64,000 bases of DNA from positions 2,977 through 66,976 of IMG/VR virus record IMGVR_UViG_3300034980_000132, one strand, 5' to 3'. The position numbers and the translations under genes are program-made. This document shows positions 34,959 to 45,295 of this stretch, piece by piece. Each line of letters starts with the position of its first letter. Position 1 is the stretch's first letter. This DNA is from a virus. The notes below the pieces were generated by a model that was not told the origin of the DNA, did no database searches, and saw only the letters and a program-made list of their open reading frames with translations.

Positions 34959-35993
34959 ATGGCTCAACTTTCTGCCAAAGACATTGGGGATCTCGTATCG
35001 ACCACTCTCGACGAGTTGGGTCGCCTGCGCTTTTCCCAAATTGCTCAGACGTTACAAGACTACGAAGTGTTCTCGCACTGGTTCAAGCGCGACAAGGTCG
35101 CCTTTGACAGCGGGATTGGTATCAAACGTACCCTCATGACGAAGCTCGGTTCGGGCGAAGCCGCTCACGTTGGCCTCACCGACACGGACAACGTCAACAT
35201 TCAGGACGTCCTTGAGACGTTGGAGATTCCGTGGCGGCACGCTCAGACGAAGTGGGCGTTCATCTACCAGGAAACCCTCATGAATCGCGGCGAAGCCTTG
35301 ATTCTCAACGTCGTAAAGCCCCGTCGCGCCAGCGCCATGATCAACTTGGTCGAGGAGCTGGAGAACAAGGCATGGGCGTCTCCCTCGACAACCAACAAGA
35401 CCGAACCTTACGGAATTCCGTACTGGGTCGTGTCTAGTGCCACCACTGGTTTCAACGGCACGGTGCCTGGAAGTCACACCACGGTTGGTGGAATCAACCC
35501 GACGACAACGCCTAACTGGAAGAACTACACAGTACGGTACGTCACAGTTGACAAGCCTGACCTCGTAAAGAAGTTGCGTACTGCACACCGCAAGACCGGC
35601 TTCAAGAGTCCCATCAACATCGAGGAGTACCGCACCACAAAGGGTCAGCGTTACCGCCTGTACACCGACGAGGCCACCTTGGTTGCGTTGGAAGACATCG
35701 GTGAAGCGCAGAACGACAACTTGGGTCGGGACCTCGCGAGCATGGACGGCACGCTTGTCTTCCGTGGTCACCCGATCATCTGGGTGCCCAAGCTCGACGC
35801 CGAGACGAATGGACCGATCTATGGTATCGACCATAGCACGTTCTACCCGGTATGCCTCGAAGGCGATTACTTGCGCGAATCGGACGCCAAACCGGCCCCG
35901 AATCAGCACAACGTCTATCAGGTGTTTGTTGACTTGACGTACAACTACTTGTGCGTTGACCGTCGTCGCAACTTCCTGGCAACGACTGCGTAA
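34959..35993 (+). CDS. Major capsid protein
   Basis: 344 aa, strongly biased codons, FRGHPIIWV and C..RRRN-type HK97-fold C-terminus, flanked by the scaffold and a terminator. Confidence 0.82.
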   Translation: MAQLSAKDIGDLVSTTLDELGRLRFSQIAQTLQDYEVFSHWFKRDKVAFDSGIGIKRTLMTKLGSGEAAHVGLTDTDNVNIQDVLETLEIPWRHAQTKWAFIYQETLMNRGEALILNVVKPRRASAMINLVEELENKAWASPSTTNKTEPYGIPYWVVSSATTGFNGTVPGSHTTVGGINPTTTPNWKNYTVRYVTVDKPDLVKKLRTAHRKTGFKSPINIEEYRTTKGQRYRLYTDEATLVALEDIGEAQNDNLGRDLASMDGTLVFRGHPIIWVPKLDAETNGPIYGIDHSTFYPVCLEGDYLRESDAKPAPNQHNVYQVFVDLTYNYLCVDRRRNFLATTA

Positions 35994-36004
35994 GTTTTTT
36001 AAGT

Positions 36005-36043
36005 TCCTCAGGGCCCTTTCCATAGGGGCCCTGGGGGGCCTTT
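36005..36043 (+). terminator. Terminator after the capsid gene
   Basis: CTCAGGGCCCTT/GGGGCCCTGGG stem then TTT. Confidence 0.6.
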
Positions 36044-36201
36044 GATTCACACCCCAAAAAAGAATGTGTCCGGGGGCGGGCGCACCCAGCCGAAAGGCGA
36101 AACGCAGGGCGGGGGTCCTGTTAACCCCACTGGCTGACGTCGGCCAGAAACTAGAACCCATGGGGGCATGGGCTCATTTTTCTGTTTAAGGATTTAGTTC
36201 T

Positions 36202-36996
36202 ATGACTAATGTAACTCAGTACAAAGACCCCACGGACACAACCCGTGGACCGAGCCCCATCATCTGGGCAGACTGCCCGTGGTCGGAAATTGCAAACCAA
36301 GAAGGTCAAGGTCAAGGCGGGTATAGTTTTTGGGATGATTTCGTCAATGTGCCGAAACGCCTCACCAATGTCGCAGACACAGCCGTGCAGAACGGCCCGT
36401 ACCATCAGTTCCTTAGCGATGGTTCTCGAATCATCCCTTCAGCCGAGGCGGGTGGTGCTGTCTTCCTTGACAGCTCTGCTTCAAATGAGGCCGCGGTTAT
36501 GAAGCTAGGTGGGGGGGCGTTTAACCTCGCTACCGCCTCCAAGAAGTTGTGGTTTGAAGCGCGAGTCAAGTTTGGCACAATCGCTAACGACCAAAACGGC
36601 GTGTTCCTTGGACTGTACGAGAACGTTGACATGACCGCCACTGTCCCCCTCACGGCCACCGGGACGTTGGCACCCGAAGTCGCTGTTGGCTTCTACAAGT
36701 TTGAAGAAGACGGTGATGGCCTTGATCTTGTCCACTGTGATGGCACAACCGCCACCACCCTGAAGGCTGACGCGACTACTTTGGTGGCGGACACCTACTA
36801 CAAACTTGGGATGGTGTTTGAGAGCGACACGATCACCTTCTATAAAGATGGTACGGCATACTCTGATACACTTTCGGTCGGTGCTACCGAGTACCCAGAC
36901 GCTGCCACGGTCAACCCGGTCATTGCGATCCTTGGAGAGGCCACTGAGGCCACAGGAGTCACACTTGACTGGTGGAGAGTAGCTCAATTGGGCTAA
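36202..36996 (+). CDS. Putative capsid decoration/minor virion protein (beta-sandwich)
   Basis: WDDF..LWFEARVK..YKLGMVF..FYKDG..LDWWRVAQ; follows the MCP. Confidence 0.6.
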   Translation: MTNVTQYKDPTDTTRGPSPIIWADCPWSEIANQEGQGQGGYSFWDDFVNVPKRLTNVADTAVQNGPYHQFLSDGSRIIPSAEAGGAVFLDSSASNEAAVMKLGGGAFNLATASKKLWFEARVKFGTIANDQNGVFLGLYENVDMTATVPLTATGTLAPEVAVGFYKFEEDGDGLDLVHCDGTTATTLKADATTLVADTYYKLGMVFESDTITFYKDGTAYSDTLSVGATEYPDAATVNPVIAILGEATEATGVTLDWWRVAQLG

Positions 36997-37033
36997 TTTT
37001 GTTAGTCTCCCTCTTGGTCGAAGCTCGTTCCAG

Positions 37034-37068
37034 GCCCAGGCATCGTCTGGCGTCTGGGCGGGCTTTTT
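37034..37068 (+). terminator. Terminator
   Basis: GCCCAGGC/GTCTGGGC stem followed by TTTTT. Confidence 0.55.
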
Positions 37069-37099
37069 CCAGGGGGTTTTTCCTGACCAGGAGAATCAC

Positions 37100-37525
37100 A
37101 TGAAGATAGATGTACCAATGGAGTACCGCAGGCTGATGACCACGGCGTGCGGCCTGGACGCAGACTTTGACGCACTGCCCGAGGAAGTTGAGGCGGAGTT
37201 TTGGTCGTTCAAGAAGGTGTACGACCGCATCGCTTCGATGCAACCCATCGGGCCTGAGATGTTGGCCATGATAGTTAAGAGTAGCGGGTACGCCGCCGCC
37301 AACAAAGAGATGTACAAGGAAGTGCCACCAACCGCGGCTGAGCTGTTCGCAGACGGTAAGCTGCACCACGGAGACCGAATCACGGTGCAGTGGAGAGACA
37401 ACGAGGACCCCGTGGAAGCGGAGTTCCTGAAGATGACCGGAGACAAGAAAGAAGTGGTGGCCATCCTAGACGGGGATGAGTCACAGGAAGAACGCCGAAT
37501 TCACATCTCACGGGTAACATGCTAA
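37100..37525 (+). CDS. Hypothetical protein
   Basis: AGGAG RBS, 141 aa. Confidence 0.65.
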   Translation: MKIDVPMEYRRLMTTACGLDADFDALPEEVEAEFWSFKKVYDRIASMQPIGPEMLAMIVKSSGYAAANKEMYKEVPPTAAELFADGKLHHGDRITVQWRDNEDPVEAEFLKMTGDKKEVVAILDGDESQEERRIHISRVTC

Positions 37526-38548
37526 ATGCCAAATGACACACTAGCGTTTAAGTACTCCACGCTGCGGTCCCGAGTCGGGTACCACCTTGGTTACACTCGT
37601 ACCGCCGCTAACTGGACCGACGACGAAAAAGCGGACATCGACGACTGTATACAGTCTGGCCTTGCCCAGTTCTATCACCCGCCACCGGTGCAGGGTGAGA
37701 GGGTTTCGTATGAGTGGTCGTTCATCAAGCCTACCACCACCACGTCGGTGTGGGGCGCTCTGGAGTACACGGCGTCTGGGGACCCCGACGGTGGGCAGGT
37801 CATCACGGCAACGGGAACTGACCCCCTGCTGTATGACACCATGGCCGGGAAGACCATCACGTTCGCGACAAGCGCTAACACCTACACCATCGACACGGTG
37901 GACACGGCCAACAGGCTGTTCTACACCACCACTGCGATGTCTGGCGAAACCAGCGGCGACACCTTCACGGTGGCGTCTGACGGAGACTACTTACTTCCGG
38001 CCAACCACGGGGGTTTCGTTGGAGACCTGCACTTTGACCAGGGCGACAACGCGGCGTACTCCATAACCCTCACCACCGTCAACCGAATCCTGGCCCAGAG
38101 ACAGCAGAACATAGGTCAGGCAACGCCCACATCCCGGCCACTGATGGCCGCGGAGCGCCCTAACAGCCAAGCCGACGGGGATCAGACCGCTCAGCGATCT
38201 ACCCTGATGGTTTGGCCCGAGCCAAGCGGTGTGTACACGATGCACCACCAGATCCACATCCTGCCAGTGCCTCTTGAGGACGACAGCTTCCCGCTGGGGT
38301 CGCAGGTACACGCCGAGTGCCTGCTGGCCAGCTGCCTGGGTATAGCAGAACAGAGGATGGAGGACACCGTGGGGTTACACTCGCAGGCCTTTATGCGGCT
38401 ACTGAAGGCCGCGGTTGACCAGGACAGACGAACACGCATGCCCCAGACCTTAGGGTTCAACCAGGACCGGTCTGACGGGGCGGGATCACTGAGCAGGCGG
38501 TTCCACGAACCGGCGACGTACAACTCTACCGAGTACTTTGGACCATAA
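37526..38548 (+). CDS. Putative head-tail adaptor / tail tubular protein A-like
   Basis: LRSRVG..LG, YLLP..., LMVWPEP..YT pattern typical of podovirus adaptors. Confidence 0.6.
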   Translation: MPNDTLAFKYSTLRSRVGYHLGYTRTAANWTDDEKADIDDCIQSGLAQFYHPPPVQGERVSYEWSFIKPTTTTSVWGALEYTASGDPDGGQVITATGTDPLLYDTMAGKTITFATSANTYTIDTVDTANRLFYTTTAMSGETSGDTFTVASDGDYLLPANHGGFVGDLHFDQGDNAAYSITLTTVNRILAQRQQNIGQATPTSRPLMAAERPNSQADGDQTAQRSTLMVWPEPSGVYTMHHQIHILPVPLEDDSFPLGSQVHAECLLASCLGIAEQRMEDTVGLHSQAFMRLLKAAVDQDRRTRMPQTLGFNQDRSDGAGSLSRRFHEPATYNSTEYFGP

Positions 38549-38566
38549 CAAACCAGGAGCCAACAA

Positions 38567-39088
38567 ATGGCGAGAACATACCAAGGTGACTGGCGCAAGG
38601 CCAGGACCACCGACAGCACAGATACGGCTTTGGGCGATAAGATTCCGACCACCACCAAGCCTGCCACCGATGGCGTGGTTGACCTTCTGGACACAGACTT
38701 GGGTGAATCGTCTGGCACCTTCGTTCCCAGTCTCATGCAGGTCATGCCGTACTGCGCCAATGCTGCCGACGAGAAGTTTGACATGAGGGTGTGGGGATGG
38801 AGCCGGTACGACTCGGATGGCACGCGGTACTGGATTCCCATCATGATCGCTGAGTTCAACGTCACCGCTGGAAACATCGCTGCTGGGTTCGACGCCGACG
38901 CCTTCATGCCCGACACCATCGTGCTAGCTGACGGTGACGCGGACACACTGGTGGTCAGCACGGCAGGGGACGTTAGCGCGTATGCCGTTGTGGACCTGAT
39001 GGGTAGCGAGCTAGTTGAGTTTGTTTTTGACAACACCACCGGGGCGACCTCCCTCAACAACAACTGCCTGTACAAGTTTGTGAATTGA
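38567..39088 (+). CDS. Virion structural protein (hypothetical)
   Basis: AGGAG RBS; Thr/Asp-rich beta protein in the tail module. Confidence 0.6.
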   Translation: MARTYQGDWRKARTTDSTDTALGDKIPTTTKPATDGVVDLLDTDLGESSGTFVPSLMQVMPYCANAADEKFDMRVWGWSRYDSDGTRYWIPIMIAEFNVTAGNIAAGFDADAFMPDTIVLADGDADTLVVSTAGDVSAYAVVDLMGSELVEFVFDNTTGATSLNNNCLYKFVN

Positions 39089-39537
39089 GGACAACCGTGG
39101 CAAAAATCGAAGCACACATCGCACTACAGTTAAGGGGCGAACTTGGTTTGCGCAAAGCAAACGATGTCTTGCTGGTTAAGCTACCCGGATCGCCGTGGTC
39201 AGACACTGAGCAAACTGAGTGCAGGATAGTGGAAATGGACTCTTACGATTACTCTCCACCAGTTTCAACAACAATCGTAGCGTTGCACGATGAAATGGTA
39301 GCCGAACGAGATGCTGGCGAACCGTTCCCGGTTAGATCGCATCCGTTTGCTGTGATGTCCAGTCCAGATGAGAACGGTCATTCGGAAATGGTTGAACGGT
39401 CAACCGTGCAGTTAGACTTAAACGATCTGGACTCTACCGAACGCTCCGACACGCTGAACGGAGAAAAGAAAACCGACATCCTGAGAGCGACTGCGGCGGT
39501 GAAACTTAAAGCGGACTTGCGGGGGACACCCCGATGA
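39085..39537 (+). CDS. Hypothetical protein
   Basis: 150 aa ORF coupled to the next gene. Confidence 0.6.
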   Translation: MRTTVAKIEAHIALQLRGELGLRKANDVLLVKLPGSPWSDTEQTECRIVEMDSYDYSPPVSTTIVALHDEMVAERDAGEPFPVRSHPFAVMSSPDENGHSEMVERSTVQLDLNDLDSTERSDTLNGEKKTDILRATAAVKLKADLRGTPR

Positions 39538-40577
39538 CGGTTCAGATAAAAACAATCAAAGCGTCTGGCGGCGATTACACGACGCTGCAAGCGTTTGAGG
39601 ACGCGGCGGCAATCTCATCGACTAATGCCGACCCGTGGCACGCTGAGTGTTACAGCGGGTCGGATTTGGATGGGTTCTCCAAAGGGGCGTGGGCCGAGGA
39701 ACCGTCGTCCGAAGGTGGGCGAATAAAAATTTACGCTGCACCAGGACACGAGCACGACGGTTCCTGGTCAACGTCGAGCGGTGCGTATAGCTCAATAACA
39801 GGCGGCTGGAACATCAACAGCTACGGACAACAACTCGATTATTTTACGTTCGAGGGAATTCTTTTCCTCAACTCCAAAAACAGTACAGGCACCGTATTGG
39901 TTAGCGGCGGCGGCGGCGGAATGAAACTGGAACTCAAGCGATGTTGGTTTTACAAAACCCATGTGACGGTCACCGGTCAAAATATGTATATTCAGACCAA
40001 TTCATCTTCTGATGCGTCAGATGTTCTTGTTGAAAATTGCATAATCCGTAGAGGCACTGTTGGGCTTTATATATCTACCCTTTCCAGTTCGCCAAATTTT
40101 GTCGGCACTGTTCGTAATTGCATATTTTATGGTTGCACTGTTAGAGGAATCCAAACCGGATTCACAGGTTCCGTCAACAACACATTTACTCTGCAAAACA
40201 CAATTTGCGGTGAAAATCCCACGCATGATTTTTTCGTTGCTAACGTCGACACTCTTGTGATTCAAAACAACATTTCAACCGACGCTACCGCTGATGACGA
40301 CGGAGGAACGGGCCACCAAATCAATGTTGATGAAGCAGACATTTGGGTTGACGCACCCAACGGGGACTTCCGGCTGGTCCACGGAAGCAAAGCAAAAGAC
40401 AAGGGCGTTGCAATCGCGGGAGTCGTTACAGACATAACCGGCGTGCGGCGACCACAGGGTGGGTACCATGACTGCGGAGCGTATGAAGCAAAGCGAGTAG
40501 GCGGCGGTCGGATGCGGTCCTACAACAGACGTAAAGGACGCTTGCGGGTTAGGGACGTTCGGGCCAGAAGGGGCTAG
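39534..40577 (+). CDS. Right-handed beta-helix (pectin lyase-like) protein, putative tail spike/receptor-binding protein
   Basis: GGDYTTLQA N-terminus; VENCII, VRNCIF, LQNTI, IQNNI repeats; GDFRL..S.AKD.G..DITG..RP..D.GAYE C-terminal motif. Confidence 0.75.
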   Translation: MTVQIKTIKASGGDYTTLQAFEDAAAISSTNADPWHAECYSGSDLDGFSKGAWAEEPSSEGGRIKIYAAPGHEHDGSWSTSSGAYSSITGGWNINSYGQQLDYFTFEGILFLNSKNSTGTVLVSGGGGGMKLELKRCWFYKTHVTVTGQNMYIQTNSSSDASDVLVENCIIRRGTVGLYISTLSSSPNFVGTVRNCIFYGCTVRGIQTGFTGSVNNTFTLQNTICGENPTHDFFVANVDTLVIQNNISTDATADDDGGTGHQINVDEADIWVDAPNGDFRLVHGSKAKDKGVAIAGVVTDITGVRRPQGGYHDCGAYEAKRVGGGRMRSYNRRKGRLRVRDVRARRG

Positions 40578-40579
40578 AC

Positions 40580-40852
40580 ATGACCGAAGCACTGATAGCC
40601 CTCATCGGCGTACTGTCTACCCTTCTGATTGGGTTTGTTGGTGCGGTCATCAAGATGATGCGAGCACGCGGTCCCGTGCAGGAGGCCAACCCGCACCCGG
40701 ACCACTACAAGTCGGGGGACATGTCTACGTCGTACTGGGAGCTTAGGTTTGAGAGACTTGGAGACAAGATGGAGATGGTCGGAGACAGGCTAGACACGAT
40801 CATACACATCCTTGAGAGGAACGACGGTTACCAAAGACGAGACCGAGACTAG
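40580..40852 (+). CDS. Single-TM membrane protein (holin/lysis-like)
   Basis: N-terminal TM ALIALIGVLSTLLIGFVGAVI plus coiled coil. Confidence 0.5.
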   Translation: MTEALIALIGVLSTLLIGFVGAVIKMMRARGPVQEANPHPDHYKSGDMSTSYWELRFERLGDKMEMVGDRLDTIIHILERNDGYQRRDRD

Positions 40853-40863
40853 AGGGGAAGACC

Positions 40864-41052
40864 ATGTCATACGAAGAAAGCCTAGAGAGACTGCTTACCG
40901 ACAACGAGGCCAAAAGAATAAGTGGCCAGAAGAGGGGAGTCAAGACCGACAGGGGTTGGGTGAGGGAGATGGACGACATCAACGGGTGGGCGGACATTGA
41001 GGCCAAGAAAAAAAAGAGGGATGACAAGAAGAAGAGAAACAAAGACAAGTAA
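40864..41052 (+). CDS. Small basic hypothetical protein
   Basis: 62 aa, Lys-rich tail. Confidence 0.5.
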   Translation: MSYEESLERLLTDNEAKRISGQKRGVKTDRGWVREMDDINGWADIEAKKKKRDDKKKRNKDK

Positions 41053-41129
41053 ACTCCTCCTGGCGAGTACGACTATAGGTGTCGGGGCACTCCGCCTGTC
41101 AGGGCAACCCTTTTTGTGAGGACGATGAT

Positions 41130-41513
41130 ATGAATAATAGAGGAGTAGTTAGATTGCTGGAGTTTGGTGGTGCTGGTGGGACGTTCTTTTCCAACACCCC
41201 CCTTGCGGCACAGGAGAGCGTGACTGCTGCTGGAGCGGCCAGCATCACCACGTATTACACTGCCTGGACTACAACCGGCGCTGATGCCCTGACCTTGGCG
41301 AACGGAGCCCAAAAGGGTCAGCTGAAAAAGATTCAGCTAATCGTTGACGGAGGATCGGATGGAACCTTAACCCCAACAACCCTGACGGGCGGCACCACGA
41401 TTACGTTCGCAGACGCCGGGGACTACGTTATTTTGGCGTGGGACGCATCCAGCTGGGTGCCCATTGAGCTTGGCAATGCCGCTGACGGTGCCACCGCACC
41501 TGTCTTAGCCTAA
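41130..41513 (+). CDS. Virion structural protein (Thr/Ala/Gly-rich)
   Basis: ALTLANG..GQLK.I..DGTLTP..ITFADAGD. Confidence 0.65.
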   Translation: MNNRGVVRLLEFGGAGGTFFSNTPLAAQESVTAAGAASITTYYTAWTTTGADALTLANGAQKGQLKKIQLIVDGGSDGTLTPTTLTGGTTITFADAGDYVILAWDASSWVPIELGNAADGATAPVLA

Positions 41514-41523
41514 GGATTTAACC

Positions 41524-41994
41524 ATGACCTCCACGATCACAGCAGCTACCTTAACCGTGACGATCACCGAAGAGGTATCCCTCAACGGCAAGGATCAGGG
41601 TGCTAAGAACACCTACACCATCGCCAGCGTGAAGGAAATCTCCAACCGGATTGTGACCATTCCCAGCGGCTCCGAGGTGATAGTCGTGGCCATGGGTACT
41701 GCTGTGGCCGCGGGTCAGTACGTCGAGGGCACAACCAAGTACATTCGACTAACTAACAAGGACGACGCCAACCACATCACGCTGGTGTTCCGGAACGAGA
41801 ACAGCGACGAGTTCGCGGTCAAGCTGGACGCAGGGCAGACGTTCATTTACAACGGAGACAACACGGGCGGTGTGGTTGACACCATGGACGCCGCAGCCAC
41901 AGCGTTGTCCGTTTCCTTCGGGGACCTAGTTGACATCACCGCACAGGCAAACACCGCAGCGTGCGACCTGGAAATCTTTGTAGCAGGAACCTAA
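41524..41994 (+). CDS. Virion structural protein
   Basis: ATLTVTITE.V.LNG..KYIRLTNKDD.N..A.TA.CDLEIFVA. Confidence 0.65.
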   Translation: MTSTITAATLTVTITEEVSLNGKDQGAKNTYTIASVKEISNRIVTIPSGSEVIVVAMGTAVAAGQYVEGTTKYIRLTNKDDANHITLVFRNENSDEFAVKLDAGQTFIYNGDNTGGVVDTMDAAATALSVSFGDLVDITAQANTAACDLEIFVAGT

Positions 41995-44120
41995 TGCCTC
42001 AACGTAAGTACATCAACATGCAACCGCCGATGGGCGGGCTAAGTGAGAAGGCTGGCTACCAGCAGCAGAGCCCCTTCACGACGCCCGACTGCTCCAACGT
42101 GTGGCCCTACGACTCCGTAGACGGCAGGGATAGGATTGGGTCCCGACCTGGGATCAAGTTCAGCGCCACCGACATGGGCAACGGCGTCAACATGCTGACG
42201 TCGCTGACGTACATCGACGCAAACAACGTCATGAAAGAGGTTCTGGTGGCGGCAGAGAACGGAGCGCTGTTCACCAGCCCTGACGGGAACACGTTCACCG
42301 AGGTGGCCACCGGGTCTAGCTTGGCTGTACACACCACCAACGAGCTGATGGCCGTGGGAAGAGGTGGGAAGCTGTACATCGCAGACTGGGAGTTACCTGC
42401 GGCTCAAGGCACCAACGGGACACTCACCGCCAACGGCTTGACGTTTGACGCCCTTACCGGCTACTCAGACTGGACCGCCACGCTAGACAACAGCGTTACT
42501 CTAAACGCAAACGACTACGTGGTTGCCATCGACTCTACGGGAACCGGGGCGGACGCCCACATAGGGATATACGAGATAGCGTCCTTCTCTAGCTCGAACA
42601 TTACTCTAGCGACCGGTCGGCCCGCGTCCACGGAGGCCGAAGAGGCCATCACCTTCAGGGTGCTTAGGGCACCAAAGGTGTACGACCCGGTTGCGGACAC
42701 ATTGGTTCTCATGACAACCAGCACAAACGGTGCAGACTACACCGCATCGCCCGCCGCCTCAGGATCAGACGGAACACTGGACAGCGCAGGGACCGCGTTC
42801 GACTCCGCCACCTACTCGAACTGGACCTCATCCCCCACGACAGCGCTGGACGACACTACCCACGTTCTTATTATAGACAACGTGGGAGCGGACGGTGACG
42901 CCGTCATCGGGCTTTACGACATAGCCACGGTGGCGTCAGGTAACTTAACACTAAGCTCGGCGGCCAACCGCGGTGGGTCTGCTTCCACCGGCATAAAGTT
43001 CCGAGTCCAACCAAAGGTATACACAAGCGTACCGTGCGGTCACCCAATCATAGCACTGTACAGGGACAGAATCTTTTTCTCGGGTGGTGCAGACGCTCCA
43101 CACAACTGGCACGCATCTCGCTCTGGAGACCCCTTGGAATGGGACGTGGGTAGGAACGACCCCCTGAGGGCGCTGAGCGGACAGGGAAACAACGCAGGAG
43201 CTCTTGGTACTCCCGTACGTGCGCTCGTGCCTCATGCCGATCAATGCTTGTTGATTGGATGCGTAGATTCACTCTGGATAATGAGGGGCGACCCGGCGTT
43301 CGGGGGAACCATAGAAAACCTCAGTTACGAAATAGGTATGGTTGACAAGAACGCTTGGGCCCAGACGCCAGACAACGCGACGGTGTTTCTGTCCAACGAC
43401 GGAGTGTACGTGTGTCCCACGGGGTGTGGGGCACGGTCTGTTAACTTATACAGCCGGGACGTTGCTCCTGAGAAGCTACTCAACACACCAGCCAGCAGCC
43501 GGGTGTTCATGTCGTATGACATGAGGTACCGAGGAGTCGTTATGTGGGTGGTGACCAACGGAGGGCAAACGTCGGGTACAGCCGGTTACCTCATCAGCTG
43601 GTCAGGTGACAACAAGGGGCTGTGGCCCATGACTCTGTCTGTGGCGGCCCACGAGCCATTGAGCATTGCTACGTTCTCACCAAGCGGTGGAAGCGCGTCG
43701 GGAAGCCACGGTAACGTGTTCTGGGGAACGACCCTGGGTAAGGTGGCACACTTCAGTGCTGACGTGTCACAGGACGACGCTACCGACATCACCAGCTACT
43801 GCACACTCGGGCCAGTGGACCTCGGGGGTAAAGTTGGGTCGGCTAAGGTGTGTGAGATCCAGGGAATCACCGACTCTAGCTCTGGAGACGTTGACTGGGA
43901 GCTACTGGTGGGAAACACGTTTGAAGAGTGTGTGTCGGACACCGCTAGGTTCACAGGATCGTGGAACAAGGCAGGACGCAACCGCACATCTCGTCCTAGA
44001 GAGAGGGGCAGCGTGGCGGCGGTGAAGGTTAAGAACGGAGCCAGCAACGAGGAGTGGGCGCTGGAGGGCGTAGTGCTGGGCATTGAGCCGGGTGGAAGAG
44101 TGCGGGAGAGCCACACGTAA
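41994..44120 (+). CDS. Tail tubular B / DNA-stabilization (nozzle, P22 gp10-like) protein
   Basis: About 708 aa beta-propeller-like; SRPG N-terminus, YRDRIFF..W.ASR.GDP.EW, VFLSNDGVY. Confidence 0.65.
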   Translation: MPQRKYINMQPPMGGLSEKAGYQQQSPFTTPDCSNVWPYDSVDGRDRIGSRPGIKFSATDMGNGVNMLTSLTYIDANNVMKEVLVAAENGALFTSPDGNTFTEVATGSSLAVHTTNELMAVGRGGKLYIADWELPAAQGTNGTLTANGLTFDALTGYSDWTATLDNSVTLNANDYVVAIDSTGTGADAHIGIYEIASFSSSNITLATGRPASTEAEEAITFRVLRAPKVYDPVADTLVLMTTSTNGADYTASPAASGSDGTLDSAGTAFDSATYSNWTSSPTTALDDTTHVLIIDNVGADGDAVIGLYDIATVASGNLTLSSAANRGGSASTGIKFRVQPKVYTSVPCGHPIIALYRDRIFFSGGADAPHNWHASRSGDPLEWDVGRNDPLRALSGQGNNAGALGTPVRALVPHADQCLLIGCVDSLWIMRGDPAFGGTIENLSYEIGMVDKNAWAQTPDNATVFLSNDGVYVCPTGCGARSVNLYSRDVAPEKLLNTPASSRVFMSYDMRYRGVVMWVVTNGGQTSGTAGYLISWSGDNKGLWPMTLSVAAHEPLSIATFSPSGGSASGSHGNVFWGTTLGKVAHFSADVSQDDATDITSYCTLGPVDLGGKVGSAKVCEIQGITDSSSGDVDWELLVGNTFEECVSDTARFTGSWNKAGRNRTSRPRERGSVAAVKVKNGASNEEWALEGVVLGIEPGGRVRESHT

Positions 44121-44794
44121 TGGGTACATCATTTCCATCAGATAAGTTTCCAGGTAACAAGGCCTTTTCGGCTTTGCCTTGTCCTAAGGTTGGGTGGTCC
44201 GACCCACCGCCTCTGGATTATTACGGTAACCCTATTCCTCCTCCAGAGGTAGACATGGGGCCGCAGTGGCAGCAGCAGATGGCCGAGATGCAGGATGCCA
44301 TCTTCAACATAAACCACGGGCCTGTACAGAACAACGACGGGCCTGGGGAGCAAGAGGACATAGACTTCCCGTGGTTCATAAACGTAGGCAACGACATTGA
44401 ACCCGTGTTGCCCGTGGACATCGTCACCTTTGCGGCGGCTGGCGACGATCTGACGGTGGCTCTCACAAAGAACGATGACCCTGACGTACGGGCCGTTGGC
44501 AACCAACACACTGTAACGTACACAATCGCAGACACTGTTTTAAGCTCTTTCATAATCAAAGATGATGATAATGACGCTCAGACAGTCAACGATGGCGAGT
44601 TCATAAAGTTCATTGGGAAAACCGTAGAGTTGAAAAGAGCGATAACCACCGACCTAGCCGAAGCTGGCGGCAACCACACACTTACTATCGGGCTCGACTT
44701 GACCGAGTTGCCCGGCTATGACAACAGTAAAACACAGGTCATAGGGCATGAGGGGTCTGATCCTCCTACATGGTTAGACACGGAGGCGTGCTAA
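44120..44794 (+). CDS. Tail-associated hypothetical protein
   Basis: 224 aa coupled to the nozzle gene. Confidence 0.6.
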   Translation: MGTSFPSDKFPGNKAFSALPCPKVGWSDPPPLDYYGNPIPPPEVDMGPQWQQQMAEMQDAIFNINHGPVQNNDGPGEQEDIDFPWFINVGNDIEPVLPVDIVTFAAAGDDLTVALTKNDDPDVRAVGNQHTVTYTIADTVLSSFIIKDDDNDAQTVNDGEFIKFIGKTVELKRAITTDLAEAGGNHTLTIGLDLTELPGYDNSKTQVIGHEGSDPPTWLDTEAC

Positions 44795-45295
44795 ATGGCA
44801 ATTCACATTAAGGCCAATGGAAAATTATGCGCGGACGCATTGACCGGAAACATCAAAATACACTCAGACAATTGCTGTGCCCATGACTGTCCTGATTTTT
44901 GCACGGATGGTTGGCCTACAAGTTGGACGGTAGTAATTGACGGGTATACCGATAGGGATTGCGGTGGTGGTGAAAATTGTAGGGATCTTGACGGAACTTA
45001 TGTCGTGAATGACAGTTATTCAACAGATTCTTCTGAATGTAGAACCGCAGAAACCATTGATCTTGTGTGCAATTACAATAATGTGTTCGTGTACATCAAT
45101 AAGCCAGGGTCGGACTATATATTGAACGTCGATATGGGTGGTGCTCCCACCCTTGAAATCTGGCGGAATAACTTGGGGACAACAAAACCTGATTGCAGAA
45201 CTTTTGATGGAGTAGTCTGCACGCTTGTTACTTATACTGGAAGTTGTAGTCTGGCTTCGGGAAGCACCACGGCTACGGTCACGGCGTACGAATGA
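44795..45295 (+). CDS. Cys-rich protein (tail-fibre-like)
   Basis: NCCAHDCPDFC and further Cys; lower GC than its flanks. Confidence 0.6.
   Translation: MAIHIKANGKLCADALTGNIKIHSDNCCAHDCPDFCTDGWPTSWTVVIDGYTDRDCGGGENCRDLDGTYVVNDSYSTDSSECRTAETIDLVCNYNNVFVYINKPGSDYILNVDMGGAPTLEIWRNNLGTTKPDCRTFDGVVCTLVTYTGSCSLASGSTTATVTAYE

Noticed and set aside
36075-36150. Resemblance to a c-di-GMP-I riboswitch (GGC..ACC..CGAAAG..ACGCA)
   Set aside because: The P2 stem pairs for only 3 bp and the GCAAA/GGGACGCAAAG consensus is broken; kept only as a generic structured region.
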